From positions 1 to 64,000 of the forward strand of contig JBFMGK010000029.1 in assembly GCA_040752575.1 (NCBI GenBank): a stretch of DNA of 64,000 nucleotides, in the 5' to 3' direction. Below are positions 1 to 9,850 of the stretch, one piece after another (position 1 is the first letter of the stretch; each line of letters opens with the position of its first letter). The translations under genes were made by a program, and so were the position numbers. Under the pieces are notes generated by a model. It was given only the letters and a program-made list of their open reading frames with translations, was not told where the DNA came from and did no database searches. This DNA is from Candidatus Bipolaricaulota bacterium (GTDB lineage: Bacteria; Bipolaricaulota; Bipolaricaulia; UBA7950; UBA9294).

Positions 1-66
1 GCACGACCCGCTGCCCGAGGGGAGGCGGGTCGCGCGCGACCCTTGGGTGGAAGAGAAGGAGGGGGC

Positions 67-762
67 ATGCTACGACGGATCGTGCCGATGGGGATCGGCA
101 TTCTGATTCTTGTTTCGGGGTGGTCGGCGAGCGCCCTTGCGGCGTGGTCGGCCGACTTCACCCCGTCGACGTACAACCCGGCGGTGGGCGATGCGGTGAG
201 TTTCGCCGTGTGCGAGCCGTGCCTCGGGGGAGGAGCCTTCCGGTACGAGTGGGACTTCGATTCGGACGGCACGGTGGACATCGACACCGACGCGGTCCTG
301 GTGTCGTGCACGTTTGCCGCACAGGGGTTCTATGAGGTCACGCTGACCGTACGCGACAGCGGCGGACGCACACAGGTCGCGAAGAAGGGCGTTCTCGTCG
401 GCGCGGTGCCGGCGTATGGCGTGCGTCAGGTCGTCGATCAGGGCGATGGAACGCTGTTTGTCGTCGTTCAGATCACCGTCACGGGAGATTGCTCGGCGCT
501 CGGATTCGTCGAGGCGATTCCGCAAGGGTGGCAGGTCGAGGTGCTCGATGCGGCCGGCGCGATGACGAATCTGAACAGCGAAGAGAAGAGGCTGGAGGCG
601 CTTTGGGGAAGCCAGTTTGCTGTCGGAGATGAGATCACCTTCTCGTACCGGCTGCATCCGGGCTACGCGACCGCGTCGCCTCGCCTGTCGGGCGAGGTGA
701 GCGGCTACGTGACGGGCCTTCGATTCGTCGGAGCGACATGCGGGTCGCTCTCGGCGCCGTAG
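67..762 (+). CDS. Secreted PKD-domain protein
   Basis: Signal peptide ending ASALA; PKD motif YEWDFDSDG...GFYEVTLTVRD; RBS GAAGGAGG before ATG 67. Confidence 0.75.
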   Translation: MLRRIVPMGIGILILVSGWSASALAAWSADFTPSTYNPAVGDAVSFAVCEPCLGGGAFRYEWDFDSDGTVDIDTDAVLVSCTFAAQGFYEVTLTVRDSGGRTQVAKKGVLVGAVPAYGVRQVVDQGDGTLFVVVQITVTGDCSALGFVEAIPQGWQVEVLDAAGAMTNLNSEEKRLEALWGSQFAVGDEITFSYRLHPGYATASPRLSGEVSGYVTGLRFVGATCGSLSAP

Positions 763-801
763 GCCGTTCGAGCGAACACATCCTTCTTCGTCAGCGAATG
801 G

Positions 802-842
802 GACTGCGGAGCGTGGGGTCTTGGGCCTCGCGCTCCGCAGTC
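802..842. terminator. Long hairpin between convergent genes (probable bidirectional terminator)
   Basis: GACTGCGGAGCG (802-813) pairs perfectly with CGCTCCGCAGTC (831-842), extendable with G-U pairs; no clear U-tract. Confidence 0.55.
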
Positions 843-1367
843 TCACTCTTTGTCTCCACCCTCCGCGTCGCTGGGTGATGCCAGCCGGCCGCTCTGCCAG
901 AGGGCCGCGGCGAGCAAGGCGAGCGCTGCGACGGCCAGGGCTGCTGCCGCAGCGAATCCGAAGCGGGGCCGAACCGCGAGGGCGGAGAGAGCCGCGGCGA
1001 GAGACGCGGCGAGGACAGCCAACAGGTGCGGAACGTAGCGTCGGGCGACACGGGCACGGTCCTCGCCGCAGAGAGGAAGCAGCGCGGCGCGAACGGCCGC
1101 GCCGTCCCACGCAGCAAGGGCGAGGGCGGCCGCAACGACGGCGGGTAGCGTAAGACCGCACGCCGAAGCGACGGCAGCGCCGGCCATGAAGGCGGCGAGA
1201 AAGAAGTGATGCAGAGAACTGCGAGGGCGGAGGAGGTGCAGGGCCACCCATGCTGTGCCCGTCAGGGACGCCGCAAACGGCGCGGCGGGGTTGGCCACCG
1301 AGTGGCCTAGGGCAACGGCGAGCATGGCGTGCGCCAAGGCGGTGAGAAGAACGACGGCGCCGGTCAT
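843..1367 (-). CDS. Membrane protein, last gene of MoxR/DUF58 cluster
   Basis: Multiple hydrophobic Ala/Leu segments; ATGA overlap with DUF58 stop. Confidence 0.6.
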   Translation of the reverse strand: MTGAVVLLTALAHAMLAVALGHSVANPAAPFAASLTGTAWVALHLLRPRSSLHHFFLAAFMAGAAVASACGLTLPAVVAAALALAAWDGAAVRAALLPLCGEDRARVARRYVPHLLAVLAASLAAALSALAVRPRFGFAAAAALAVAALALLAAALWQSGRLASPSDAEGGDKE

Positions 1368-2647
1368 CGGACCCTCCTGGCAGCGCGGTCAGCACGTGCC
1401 GCGAGGAGCGCTTCAGCGAGGGGCCGCTGGATATCCCAGCGGACGACATGCACCCCCTGCCCCTCGAGGCTGTGCTGAAGAGCGGAGGCACGCAGCGACA
1501 GGGTGCGAAAGGCGAGATCCGTTGCTGTGTCGCGGGGCTGAGCCGCACGCTCGAGATCGAGCGAGTCGACGAGCACCGAGAGGACGGAGAGACCTCGCGC
1601 GCGCAGTCGCGCGAGCACGAGATCGTCGCCGTCGCGACTCAACGGGCTTACGACGATGACCTGGCAGCCGCTCGGCAGCATCTGAATCGGGAGCGAGGCG
1701 AGGTCGTCGAACGCCGCGCTTGCCGAGAGCCGCGCGACCGCGAGGGCGGAAAGGATCCGCTCAAGGTGAAAGCGTCCGCCTGCGGGCTGAATCCAGTCGA
1801 GCGACCGCCCGTAGAGCAACAGCCCCGTTCGGTTTCCCTGTCGAACAGAGTGCGTCGCCAGGCTCGCGGCGGCTCGGCATGCCGGTTCGAAGGTCGACGT
1901 GGCGCCCACGTGGAGGTGTGCGGCGGCCCGAACGTCGAGAAGGATGACCACGTCGGTCATCCTCTCCTGCTCGTACTCGTTGACGAACAGGCGCCCGTAG
2001 CGGGCGAAAGCTCTCCAATTGATCCGTCGGGGATCATCGCCCTCTACATACGCTCGGCAGCCGAAGAACTCGACCCCCGGCCCGGCGGACCGGGCATGAA
2101 CGGGGCCGACGAACGCGTGGATGCGTCGCGGTCTCAGGGCGATCGAGGGCAGCGGCTCGACGCGGGGGATGGCAAACACGGCCGTGCGGCAGTCGAACCG
2201 ATGCTCCTCAACGGCAAGGCCCCACGGGGACCAAATGTGGACGGTCACGAGACTCTGCTCCTGCAGCCCGCGTGCCGAGCGGTAGCCGTAGTGCAGGACG
2301 GCGCTCTCACCCGGAGGCAGGTGACAGGCAACGGCCGACTTTCCCTTGACCAGGCTTGCCGAGCGCGGCAACTCGTCGATCACCGTGCACCAGGCTCCGC
2401 GTTCCTGACTCGAGACGTGGAGTTCAACGTCTACGGCTTCACCCTCGGTGGCGCGCGTCCAACGAGGCGTACGGGTCGCCTCCAGACGGAGCCGCGGGAT
2501 CCCGAGATGGGAGAACAGGAGCGAAGCTGCGTAGACCGTGAAGAGGACGGCGAGGGCAAGCCAGCCGGGCGACCGTGCTGCCAGGCCGGCGAGGGACAGG
2601 ACCGCGGCGACCAAGAGGGCCACGGGATAGCGGTGCTTCAGGGACAC
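1364..2647 (-). CDS. DUF58 domain protein (MoxR partner)
   Basis: GPGVEFFGCRAYVEGDDPRRINWRAFAR...VNEYEQE motif; directly after MoxR. Confidence 0.9.
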   Translation of the reverse strand: MSLKHRYPVALLVAAVLSLAGLAARSPGWLALAVLFTVYAASLLFSHLGIPRLRLEATRTPRWTRATEGEAVDVELHVSSQERGAWCTVIDELPRSASLVKGKSAVACHLPPGESAVLHYGYRSARGLQEQSLVTVHIWSPWGLAVEEHRFDCRTAVFAIPRVEPLPSIALRPRRIHAFVGPVHARSAGPGVEFFGCRAYVEGDDPRRINWRAFARYGRLFVNEYEQERMTDVVILLDVRAAAHLHVGATSTFEPACRAAASLATHSVRQGNRTGLLLYGRSLDWIQPAGGRFHLERILSALAVARLSASAAFDDLASLPIQMLPSGCQVIVVSPLSRDGDDLVLARLRARGLSVLSVLVDSLDLERAAQPRDTATDLAFRTLSLRASALQHSLEGQGVHVVRWDIQRPLAEALLAARADRAARRVR

Positions 2648-2648
2648 G

Positions 2649-3593
2649 TCAGCTGACCTTGGGAACGCTGGTGGTGTCCAGAATGGCCTGGACGACGGAC
2701 TGTGTCGATACCTGCCGGCTCCAGAACTCCGGCCGCAGGATCATCCGGTGCGCGAGCGCGGGGATCGCAAATCGCTTGACATCGTCGGGGACGACGTAGT
2801 CGCGGCCGTCGATCGCCGCCCATGCGCGGGACAACTTGAGGAGGGCCAGTGAGCCGCGTGGGCTGGCGCCGACGTACACGTTCGGGTGGGTGCGAGTCCG
2901 CGCGACGAGGTCGACGACATAGGCCTGCAGTTCCTCGTCAACCGAAACGGACTCCACAGCCTCGCGCAGCGCTAGGAGTTGCGCGGCATCGGTGACCGCC
3001 GACAGGAGAAGATCGTCGTGGCGGCGCGCGATGCGCCGCCGCAGGATTTCGACCTCGTCGTCGCGTGATGGGTAGCCGACGGTGAGCCGAACCATGAACC
3101 GGTCGACCTGTGCTTCGGGAAGCGGAAACGTGCCCTCGTACTCGATGGGGTTCTGGGTGGCCAGGACGACGAACGGCTCGGGCAAGGCCCGGGTCTCCCC
3201 GGCGATGGAGACCTGGAGCTCTTGCATTGCCTCGAGGAGCGCCGACTGCGTCTTCGGGGTCGCTCGGTTCACCTCGTCCGCCAGAACGATGTTGGCAAAG
3301 ATGGGCCCCGGCGCAAGGGTGAAGTCCCGCTGCTCGGCGTCATAGATGTGAGAGCCCGTGATGTCGGTCGGCAAGAGATCGGGAGTGAACTGGATTCGGC
3401 GGAAGTCGAGGCCAAAGACCCGGGCGAAGCTCCTGGCGATGAGCGTCTTGGCAAGGCCGGGATTGTCCTCGAACAGGACGTGCCCTCCCGCGAGAACCAC
3501 GGCGAAGACCTGCCGCAGGAGGTCCTCCTTTCCGACGACGGCGCGCGAAATCTCTGAGATCACTGCGGCGGCTTGACGTTGAACGTTCTCCAT
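2649..3593 (-). CDS. moxR: MoxR family AAA+ ATPase
   Basis: EDNPGLAKT, RIQFTPDLLPTDITG, ADEVNRATPKTQSALLEAM, ATQNPIEYEGTFPLPEAQ. Confidence 0.95.
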   Translation of the reverse strand: MENVQRQAAAVISEISRAVVGKEDLLRQVFAVVLAGGHVLFEDNPGLAKTLIARSFARVFGLDFRRIQFTPDLLPTDITGSHIYDAEQRDFTLAPGPIFANIVLADEVNRATPKTQSALLEAMQELQVSIAGETRALPEPFVVLATQNPIEYEGTFPLPEAQVDRFMVRLTVGYPSRDDEVEILRRRIARRHDDLLLSAVTDAAQLLALREAVESVSVDEELQAYVVDLVARTRTHPNVYVGASPRGSLALLKLSRAWAAIDGRDYVVPDDVKRFAIPALAHRMILRPEFWSRQVSTQSVVQAILDTTSVPKVS

Positions 3594-3599
3594 AGGGCC

Positions 3600-4145
3600 T
3601 CAGCCCTCCTTTGCGTAGTCCTCAAGGACATCAAGGGCTCGTTCGACGGCGAGCGCGAAGTCTCCCGCGCTTTCCCCTCGCGCGTCGTTGCCGAGGAACA
3701 GGGACAGGGTCTCGGGGTCTCGGTCGGCGATGTCTCCCAGGAATGCGGCCCAAGCCGCGTCGGCGTCGAGGCCGTGCCGAGACGCGGCCAGCGACGTCGC
3801 GAGCCGGACGAGACGCGCGACGACGCGCGCTCGCGAGATCCTGCCGCCGGCGCCGCGCCGTATCGTCTCCGCCAGCGCGGCAAGACTGCCTGCGGTCACG
3901 TCGCCGGGTCTCGGATCGGGGCGTTCGATCCAGCGGGGGCGAACGCGTGCGGCGAGGGCGACGACGACAGGAAGAAACAGCGCGATGGGGATCTCCCAGA
4001 GGACGCGCTGCGGAAAGACCCCAACCGCCTGGCCGAGCGTTGCGCCGCGCCGCAGGGGGATGGCCAGGGCGATGGCCAGGATCAGGACCACGGCCACCAC
4101 GGCGACGGCGGGCGCCACAACCGGGGAGCGAACCGTTTGCGACAC
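3600..4145 (-). CDS. Membrane-anchored hypothetical protein of MoxR cluster
   Basis: GTG 4145 with GGGGAG RBS; two N-terminal TM segments; packs between neighbours. Confidence 0.6.
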   Translation of the reverse strand: MSQTVRSPVVAPAVAVVAVVLILAIALAIPLRRGATLGQAVGVFPQRVLWEIPIALFLPVVVALAARVRPRWIERPDPRPGDVTAGSLAALAETIRRGAGGRISRARVVARLVRLATSLAASRHGLDADAAWAAFLGDIADRDPETLSLFLGNDARGESAGDFALAVERALDVLEDYAKEG

Positions 4146-4146
4146 G

Positions 4147-5070
4147 CTAACTCCCCGCCGTGCCCGGCGTGGCGAGCTTCCGCTCGAGATCGAGGAGGCA
4201 TGATGCCGCGCGGTCGGCGAATGCGGCATCGGAGCGCCCGCCGTAGCGGACTCGCTCGAACAGGAGCGTGAGGTCGTCGAGGGCCGCGCAGCCGAAGCCG
4301 GCCGATGCAAGGCGGCGGGAGAACTCGCGCGGCGTCAAGGCTCGCGGGTTCAGGTCCGCGGCCGACGAGTACGCGAGCATCATGTCGCGATAGCAGCGCT
4401 CGACGACGCCTGCGGCCGAGCGTCCGGCGCGGAGTTCGGTCAGTGCGGCCTCGACCGGCTCGCGAACCGATGCGGCGGCCCCGTCCGGCGGGACGAAGGC
4501 CCGGCGGCGTCTTCCCAACCCCCAGAAGAGCGCCACGACCGCGGCCGCTGCGACGACGGCGATCACCCCGAGAAGCACGAGAGCTGTCGACCGTGCCGCG
4601 GCGGGTTCCGTATCCACGACGACATCCGAGGCGGGAGGCAACTCCTCCACGGCGGTCACCGAGCCAACCGAGTCCTGCGTGCCTGCATCGGCAACAGCAG
4701 GGGGTGGGGGTTCGTGAGCGCGTTGCTGAAGCGCGAAGGCGACGCCCAGGAGGGCGACCGCGAGGGCAAACAGCGGCCCCGCCATCGAGCGCCGACGCCC
4801 GCCCCGGCGCGGGCCTTTCGTGAGCGCGTAGATCGTCAGCGCGCAGAACAGGAGACTTGCAGGCAGAAAGGCGACCAGAAGATCGGCAAGAGCCATACTG
4901 CCGCTGGCGCCGGCGCGCGTCCCCGTCCCGACGACGATCGGCACGTGCTCGTCGAACGGCTGCCCGTCTCGAAACGGCACGCTTTCGAGTCCGCCGGCGA
5001 GCAGGACCAGCGCGACGGCCAGCGCCGACAGAGCCGCGGCAGCGGCGCACCCGGCCCGGCGCACGGTCAC
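4147..5070 (-). CDS. DUF4129 domain membrane protein
   Basis: C-terminal CYRDM...ALTPREF...LTLLFERVRYG motif; GTGA overlap with aspS stop. Confidence 0.8.
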   Translation of the reverse strand: MTVRRAGCAAAAALSALAVALVLLAGGLESVPFRDGQPFDEHVPIVVGTGTRAGASGSMALADLLVAFLPASLLFCALTIYALTKGPRRGGRRRSMAGPLFALAVALLGVAFALQQRAHEPPPPAVADAGTQDSVGSVTAVEELPPASDVVVDTEPAAARSTALVLLGVIAVVAAAAVVALFWGLGRRRRAFVPPDGAAASVREPVEAALTELRAGRSAAGVVERCYRDMMLAYSSAADLNPRALTPREFSRRLASAGFGCAALDDLTLLFERVRYGGRSDAAFADRAASCLLDLERKLATPGTAGS

Positions 5071-6818
5071 GCCGCGTGCCTCCAGGAGATCCCCAGCTCC
5101 TGCATCTGTCCCTCGGAAGCCGGCATCGGCGCTTCGGTGAGGGGGCACATGCCATTCGCCGTCTTTGGAAAGGCGATCACGTCGCGCAGCGAGGCCTCCC
5201 TGGCCATGAGCATCGTCAGCCGGTCCATGCCGAGAGCGAACCCGGCGTGAGGGGGAGCCCCGTAGTCAAGCCCCTGCAGGAACCAGCCGAAGCGCAGCTC
5301 GGCCTCCTCGGGAGAGATGCCGAGAAGGTGGAAGATTCTTTCCTGAAGGCCGCGCGAGTGAATGCGCACGCTTCCGCTTCCCAGTTCCGTGCCATTCAGG
5401 ACGAGATCGTACGCGTCGGACAGCAGCGCGAGCGGCTCTGTCTCCAGGCGGGCGATGTGCTCGGCGTGGGGTGCCGTGAACGGATGGTGCGCGCTCGTGA
5501 GGCGTCCTTCCTCGTCGAGCTCGAACAGGGGGAAGTCGGTGACCCACAGGAAGTTCCACGCGTCGGACGTGAGGTTGCGCTGCCGGGCGACCGCGAGACG
5601 GAGCTCTCCAAGGGGGCGCTCGATGTCCCTCCCGGCGAGCAGGAGAACCAGATCGCCGGAGGATGCGCCGAACGCTGCGATGAGCCCCGAGGTCTCCTCG
5701 GGTGAAAGGTGCTTCGCGATGGGAGAGACGACGTCTCCTTCGAGCTTGAGCCACAGCATCCCCTTCGCGCCCGCGCCGACGGCAAGGCTCTGGAGTTCGT
5801 CGAGCGCGGCACGCGAGGTGTTCGAACCGCCTTCGACGAGAAGGCCTGCGACCTTGCCGCCTTCGGCGAGCCCGTCGCGGAAGACGCGGAATGACGAAGT
5901 GCGGACGACGGTAGACACGTCGCGGATCTCCATGCCGAACCGAAGATCGGGCTTGTCAATCCCGAATCGCGCGATTGCGTCCGCGTGCGCCAACCGGGGA
6001 AAGGGTGTCTGGAGATCTACTCCGAGGACTTCGCGGAAGACGGTTGCGACGGCACCCTCCAGGATCTCGAAGACCTCGTCCTTTCCCCGAGGAAAGGACA
6101 TCTCGAGGTCCAGTTGGGTGAACTCGGGCTGGCGATCGGCGCGAAGATCCTCGTCCCGGAAGCACTTGACGAGCTGGAAGTAGCGGTCCAAGCCGCCCAC
6201 CATGAGCAACTGCTTGAACAGCTGAGGCGATTGGGGCAGAGCGTAGACGGAGCCGCGGTGGATGCGGCTCGGGACAAGGAAGTCGCGCGCGCCCTCGGGC
6301 GTGGACTTCGTGAGGACGGGGGTCTCGACTTCGAGGAAGCCGCGCGACGCGAAGTAGTTGCGGGTGGCCTGAAAAGTCCGGTGGCGGAGTTCAAGGGCTC
6401 GCTGAAGGCGCTCGCGCCGAAGATCGACATAGCGATACCGCAGGCGAGTCTCCTCGGTGGCGTCCGAACCGTCCCCCTCAATGAGGAACGGTGGCGTCTT
6501 GGAGCGATTCTCGATCGACAGGGTTTCGACCCGAACCTCGATGTCGCCCGTCTTCATCTCGGGATTGACGTTGGCCTCGGTTCGTCTCGCTACCGTTCCC
6601 CGGATGCTGAGGACGTCCTCCCGGTTCAGTGTGTGCGCGTCGCCGAGACCCGGACGATCGCTCTCAAAAACAAGCTGGACGTGCCCCGTGCGGTCGCGCA
6701 GGTCGACGAACGTGATCTTTCCGAAGTCCCTGCGGCGGTGAACCCACCCAGCGAGTTCCACTGCCTGTCCGACATTCGACGCTGACAACTGACCGCAGCC
6801 TGCCGTACGCATGGCCAT
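5067..6818 (-). CDS. aspS: Aspartate--tRNA ligase
   Basis: MRTAGCG start, FVDLRDRTG, STPEGARDFLVPSR, ALPQSPQLFKQLLM, FRDEDLRADRQPEFTQLD, GAPPHAGFALGMDR. Confidence 0.97.
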   Translation of the reverse strand: MAMRTAGCGQLSASNVGQAVELAGWVHRRRDFGKITFVDLRDRTGHVQLVFESDRPGLGDAHTLNREDVLSIRGTVARRTEANVNPEMKTGDIEVRVETLSIENRSKTPPFLIEGDGSDATEETRLRYRYVDLRRERLQRALELRHRTFQATRNYFASRGFLEVETPVLTKSTPEGARDFLVPSRIHRGSVYALPQSPQLFKQLLMVGGLDRYFQLVKCFRDEDLRADRQPEFTQLDLEMSFPRGKDEVFEILEGAVATVFREVLGVDLQTPFPRLAHADAIARFGIDKPDLRFGMEIRDVSTVVRTSSFRVFRDGLAEGGKVAGLLVEGGSNTSRAALDELQSLAVGAGAKGMLWLKLEGDVVSPIAKHLSPEETSGLIAAFGASSGDLVLLLAGRDIERPLGELRLAVARQRNLTSDAWNFLWVTDFPLFELDEEGRLTSAHHPFTAPHAEHIARLETEPLALLSDAYDLVLNGTELGSGSVRIHSRGLQERIFHLLGISPEEAELRFGWFLQGLDYGAPPHAGFALGMDRLTMLMAREASLRDVIAFPKTANGMCPLTEAPMPASEGQMQELGISWRHAA

Positions 6819-6875
6819 TCTCCTTCTGTATCAGGTAGCAAGAGCGTGCCCGGAGACGTTCGCGACTGCAAGGAG

Positions 6876-7910
6876 CTAGGCGTCGGTCAAGCGCCCCTTG
6901 AAGAAGCGCCGATCCATGTTGCGCTCCCAGTCTGTGAAGTCCCCGTCCTCGGCGTCCGCGGTGATGTGCGTCTTGATCATGTTCAGCTTGGCAGACAGAT
7001 TGTCGAAATGGTAGACCGCCACGGCCTCCGGGCACTTCGGCACCATCGCCGCGGCATACTCCAGCTCACCGTGGTGGGAGATGAGAATGTGCTCGAGCAG
7101 GATTGGCAGTCGCGCATCGGGCCAGGTGAGGGCCGCCGCCTCGGCGCGAACCATGTCGCGCCCGAGAAGAAGGTGGCCGATGAGTTGGCCCTCAAACCCG
7201 TACCTCGGCGCGATGGGATTCTCGAACTCCTGCAGCTTGCCCACGTCGTGCAGGATGGCCCCGGCAACGGCGAGGCCCCGGTGCAAGCGCAGGCCGGGCT
7301 GATCGTCGACGAACCGCGACACGCCCTCGGCCACCTCGAGCGTGTGCTCCAGGAGGCCGCCGATGTACGCGTGGTGATTCGAGACAGCGGCCGGCAGTTC
7401 GCGGAACGCCGACTCGTTTTCTGACAGCAGGCGGCGCGTGAGTTGACGCAATGGCTCGGGCTCTAGCGTCTCGGCGAGGGCAAGGAGCTTGGCCCACATC
7501 TCGGCGGCGTCGCGCTCGGAGGTCGGGACGAGGAGAGCCGCGTCGAAACCCGGAAGTTTCCCGCCGTCGCGTTCCTCGTCGGTGAGACGCCGGATCGACT
7601 CGACGATGAGCTGAAGGGCATTCCGATACGTCTCGACGCGTGCCTGAACGTGGACGAAGTCTCCCTCGTCGAACGAACTCGCGTATTTCTGCGTTGCGTC
7701 TGCCCACGCGCGTGCGGCGATCGTCCCCGTACGGTCGGCGAGGACCATCTCAAGGTACGGGTCTCCGGTTCGCGTCGAGCGCTGAGCCTTCTTCTTTACC
7801 AGGAAGCATTGGCCGAGGCGTGTCCCCTCGCGCAGGTCGACCACCGGAACATGCAGAAGCGCATAGGGCATCTCGCCTCGAACGCGGTCAAACAGACGTT
7901 CTTGTGCCAT
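6876..7910 (-). CDS. OB-fold + HD domain 3'-5' exoribonuclease, YhaM-like
   Basis: N-terminal OB fold (PYLEMVLADRTGTI); HHAYIGGLLEHT, LHDVGK, ILISHHGELEY. Confidence 0.88.
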   Translation of the reverse strand: MAQERLFDRVRGEMPYALLHVPVVDLREGTRLGQCFLVKKKAQRSTRTGDPYLEMVLADRTGTIAARAWADATQKYASSFDEGDFVHVQARVETYRNALQLIVESIRRLTDEERDGGKLPGFDAALLVPTSERDAAEMWAKLLALAETLEPEPLRQLTRRLLSENESAFRELPAAVSNHHAYIGGLLEHTLEVAEGVSRFVDDQPGLRLHRGLAVAGAILHDVGKLQEFENPIAPRYGFEGQLIGHLLLGRDMVRAEAAALTWPDARLPILLEHILISHHGELEYAAAMVPKCPEAVAVYHFDNLSAKLNMIKTHITADAEDGDFTDWERNMDRRFFKGRLTDA

Positions 7911-7983
7911 GCCATCCTTTCGTCAACGGGAAACCCGAGCCGTCAAGCAAGCAACCCGATCGTTCTCGTTCTGGGTCTCCCGA

Positions 7984-8002
7984 CCTCGGCGTTGCGCCGA
8001 GG
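7984..8002 (-). terminator. Short GC hairpin just after NosD-like gene stop
   Basis: CCTCGGCG-ttg-CGCCGAGG; no U-tract. Confidence 0.35.
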
Positions 8003-8003
8003 A

Positions 8004-8822
8004 CTAGCCCTCACACGTCGGCGCGGGGGCTGCAGGGACCCGAGGGTGAGAAACGAGGGGGTAGAAGTCCTGGTCGCCGTCGACGTTGATGCGGTACGGT
8101 GAATCCCAGATGCCATCGAGATTCGCGTCGATCGCGCGGTATCCATCCCAGTAGTTGCCCGCGCCTTCGTCGTTCCAGACGTTGGGCTGGTCGGCATAGG
8201 CGTTGTGGAGGTTGCCCACAAACGCGTTACGGACCACCTGATTCTCCGCCGACCGCAGGTTCATGTAGACGCCCATGTGCGAGTCTTCGATGAGGTTCCC
8301 CATGATTTGGTTTTCGCTCGACGCGTCAAGCCAGATAGCCGTGTCGTTCTCGAGGAACGTGCAGTCGAGGAGCTGGTTGGCCTGCGAGAAGTAGAAGTGG
8401 ACACCGTCGGTATTGATCTCGAAGTGCGATCGCGAGATACGGACAAGACTCGTGTACGTGAGAGACAGACCAATCCAGTTGGCGCGGAAGAGGCAGTCCT
8501 CGAGGGTCCCGTTCTCGACGTGATTGAGCGAAATCGCCGCACCAGAGGCGCCGCTCACCTTGACGTTGCGGATCACGAACGGGCGCGTTGTCCCTTGGAT
8601 ACGGATGCCGTAACGGTCGTAGCCGGCATCGATGGACCAGTTCTCAATGATATAGGGATCGGCGAAGGTCCCGCTTCCAGAGCAGACGCCGTTCTCCACG
8701 GTGAACTCGTAGTCGTTGGTGATCAGGATCGCACGGTGCTCCACCCGATCGGCGACCACCGCGAGCGCATGAGCGCCCAGAACAAGCATCAAGGTGCAGA
8801 GGATGAATGCACCGTGTTTCAT
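8004..8822 (-). CDS. Secreted parallel beta-helix (NosD/CASH-like) protein
   Basis: Signal peptide; GSGTFADPYIIENW; repeated GI.L..S..N.I..N turns; GNYWDGY...D.YPL C-terminus; AAGGAG RBS. Confidence 0.8.
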   Translation of the reverse strand: MKHGAFILCTLMLVLGAHALAVVADRVEHRAILITNDYEFTVENGVCSGSGTFADPYIIENWSIDAGYDRYGIRIQGTTRPFVIRNVKVSGASGAAISLNHVENGTLEDCLFRANWIGLSLTYTSLVRISRSHFEINTDGVHFYFSQANQLLDCTFLENDTAIWLDASSENQIMGNLIEDSHMGVYMNLRSAENQVVRNAFVGNLHNAYADQPNVWNDEGAGNYWDGYRAIDANLDGIWDSPYRINVDGDQDFYPLVSHPRVPAAPAPTCEG

Positions 8823-8927
8823 GACACACCACTCCTTTGTGCCGGTCTGCGCGCGGCGCAGCCTCCATGATAGCCGGGCCATCGTCCGGTGTGAAGGCGA
8901 TCGTACGCTTGCCATGCGACGTTTTTC

Positions 8928-9767
8928 CTAGGATCCGGAGCGCCGTCGTCCCAAGAGTTCCCAGAGGACAAGCGGTGCGGAACGGCGGCGGAAGACAAAC
9001 ACCAACGCAAGGCCGGCCAGGAAACCTCCGATGTGAGCGAACCACGCCACTCCACTGGACACTCCCAACGAGCCCACGCCGTTGAACAGCTGAAGGGCGA
9101 ACCAGATGCCCAGAACAAGAACGGCGGGCACCGCGACCAGGCGAACGAAGAAGAAGATGGGGATTAGCGTCAGCACACGTGCCGTCGGAAACAGCGTCAA
9201 GTAGGCGCCGAGAACGCCGGCGATGGCGCCCGAGGCTCCGAGGAGAGGAATCGAGCTGCTGGGGCTGAAGGCAATCTGCGCCATCGCGGCCGCCGCCCCA
9301 CAGAGAAGATAGAACAGAAGGAAACGAGCTCGCCCCATCGCGTCCTCGACGTTGTCACCGAAAACCCAGAGATAGAGCATGTTGCCGACAAGGTGCATGA
9401 GTCCGCCGTGCAGGAAGAGCGAGCTGATAAGGGTCAGCCAGATCGGGACCGGGATGGTGGGCGGCAGGTCGACTCCCCGCAAGAACTCCGCGGGAACTAG
9501 CGCATACTGGGCGATGAAGGCATCGGAAGCTGAGAGAGGGTACACACTCGGGTCCTTGCCTGTGCGGACGTGGAGCGAATAGGCTTGAGGGTCGAACGCG
9601 GGAGGGGGAGACAGCTCTTCTGCCTCCCACGGCTGCCAGTCGTTGACCAGGGCAGGTTGCGTAGCCAGGTAGCTCTGGTAGAGGAAGACAAGCAGGTTGA
9701 CCAAGATCAGCGACACGGTGATCGCCGGGAAGCGGCGGCTCGTGATCGCGTCGCGAATCGGGATCAT
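8928..9767 (-). CDS. Rhomboid family intramembrane serine protease
   Basis: FLHGGLMHLVGNMLYLWVFGDNVED, GASGAIAG, VAWFAHIGGF. Confidence 0.93.
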   Translation of the reverse strand: MIPIRDAITSRRFPAITVSLILVNLLVFLYQSYLATQPALVNDWQPWEAEELSPPPAFDPQAYSLHVRTGKDPSVYPLSASDAFIAQYALVPAEFLRGVDLPPTIPVPIWLTLISSLFLHGGLMHLVGNMLYLWVFGDNVEDAMGRARFLLFYLLCGAAAAMAQIAFSPSSSIPLLGASGAIAGVLGAYLTLFPTARVLTLIPIFFFVRLVAVPAVLVLGIWFALQLFNGVGSLGVSSGVAWFAHIGGFLAGLALVFVFRRRSAPLVLWELLGRRRSGS

Positions 9768-9773
9768 GTTGGC

Positions 9774-9829
9774 AAGTGTAGCGAGGGCGAAGCCGGCGTG
9801 GCAAGCGCGCGGCAAGTGAAGCTACACTT
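9774..9829. promoter_or_regulatory. Divergent promoter region rhomboid / M42 peptidase
   Basis: Minus TTGCCA-N18-TACACT ending 7 nt before rhomboid ATG; plus TACACT 9823-9828; the two -10 boxes form a 9-bp inverted repeat. Confidence 0.45.
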
Positions 9830-9850
9830 TGGGCTGACGAAGGAGGCGGG

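Noticed and set aside
843..5070. MoxR-DUF58-DUF4129 cluster as a novel system
   Set aside because: Widespread known gene arrangement; only its coupling to aspS is mildly notable
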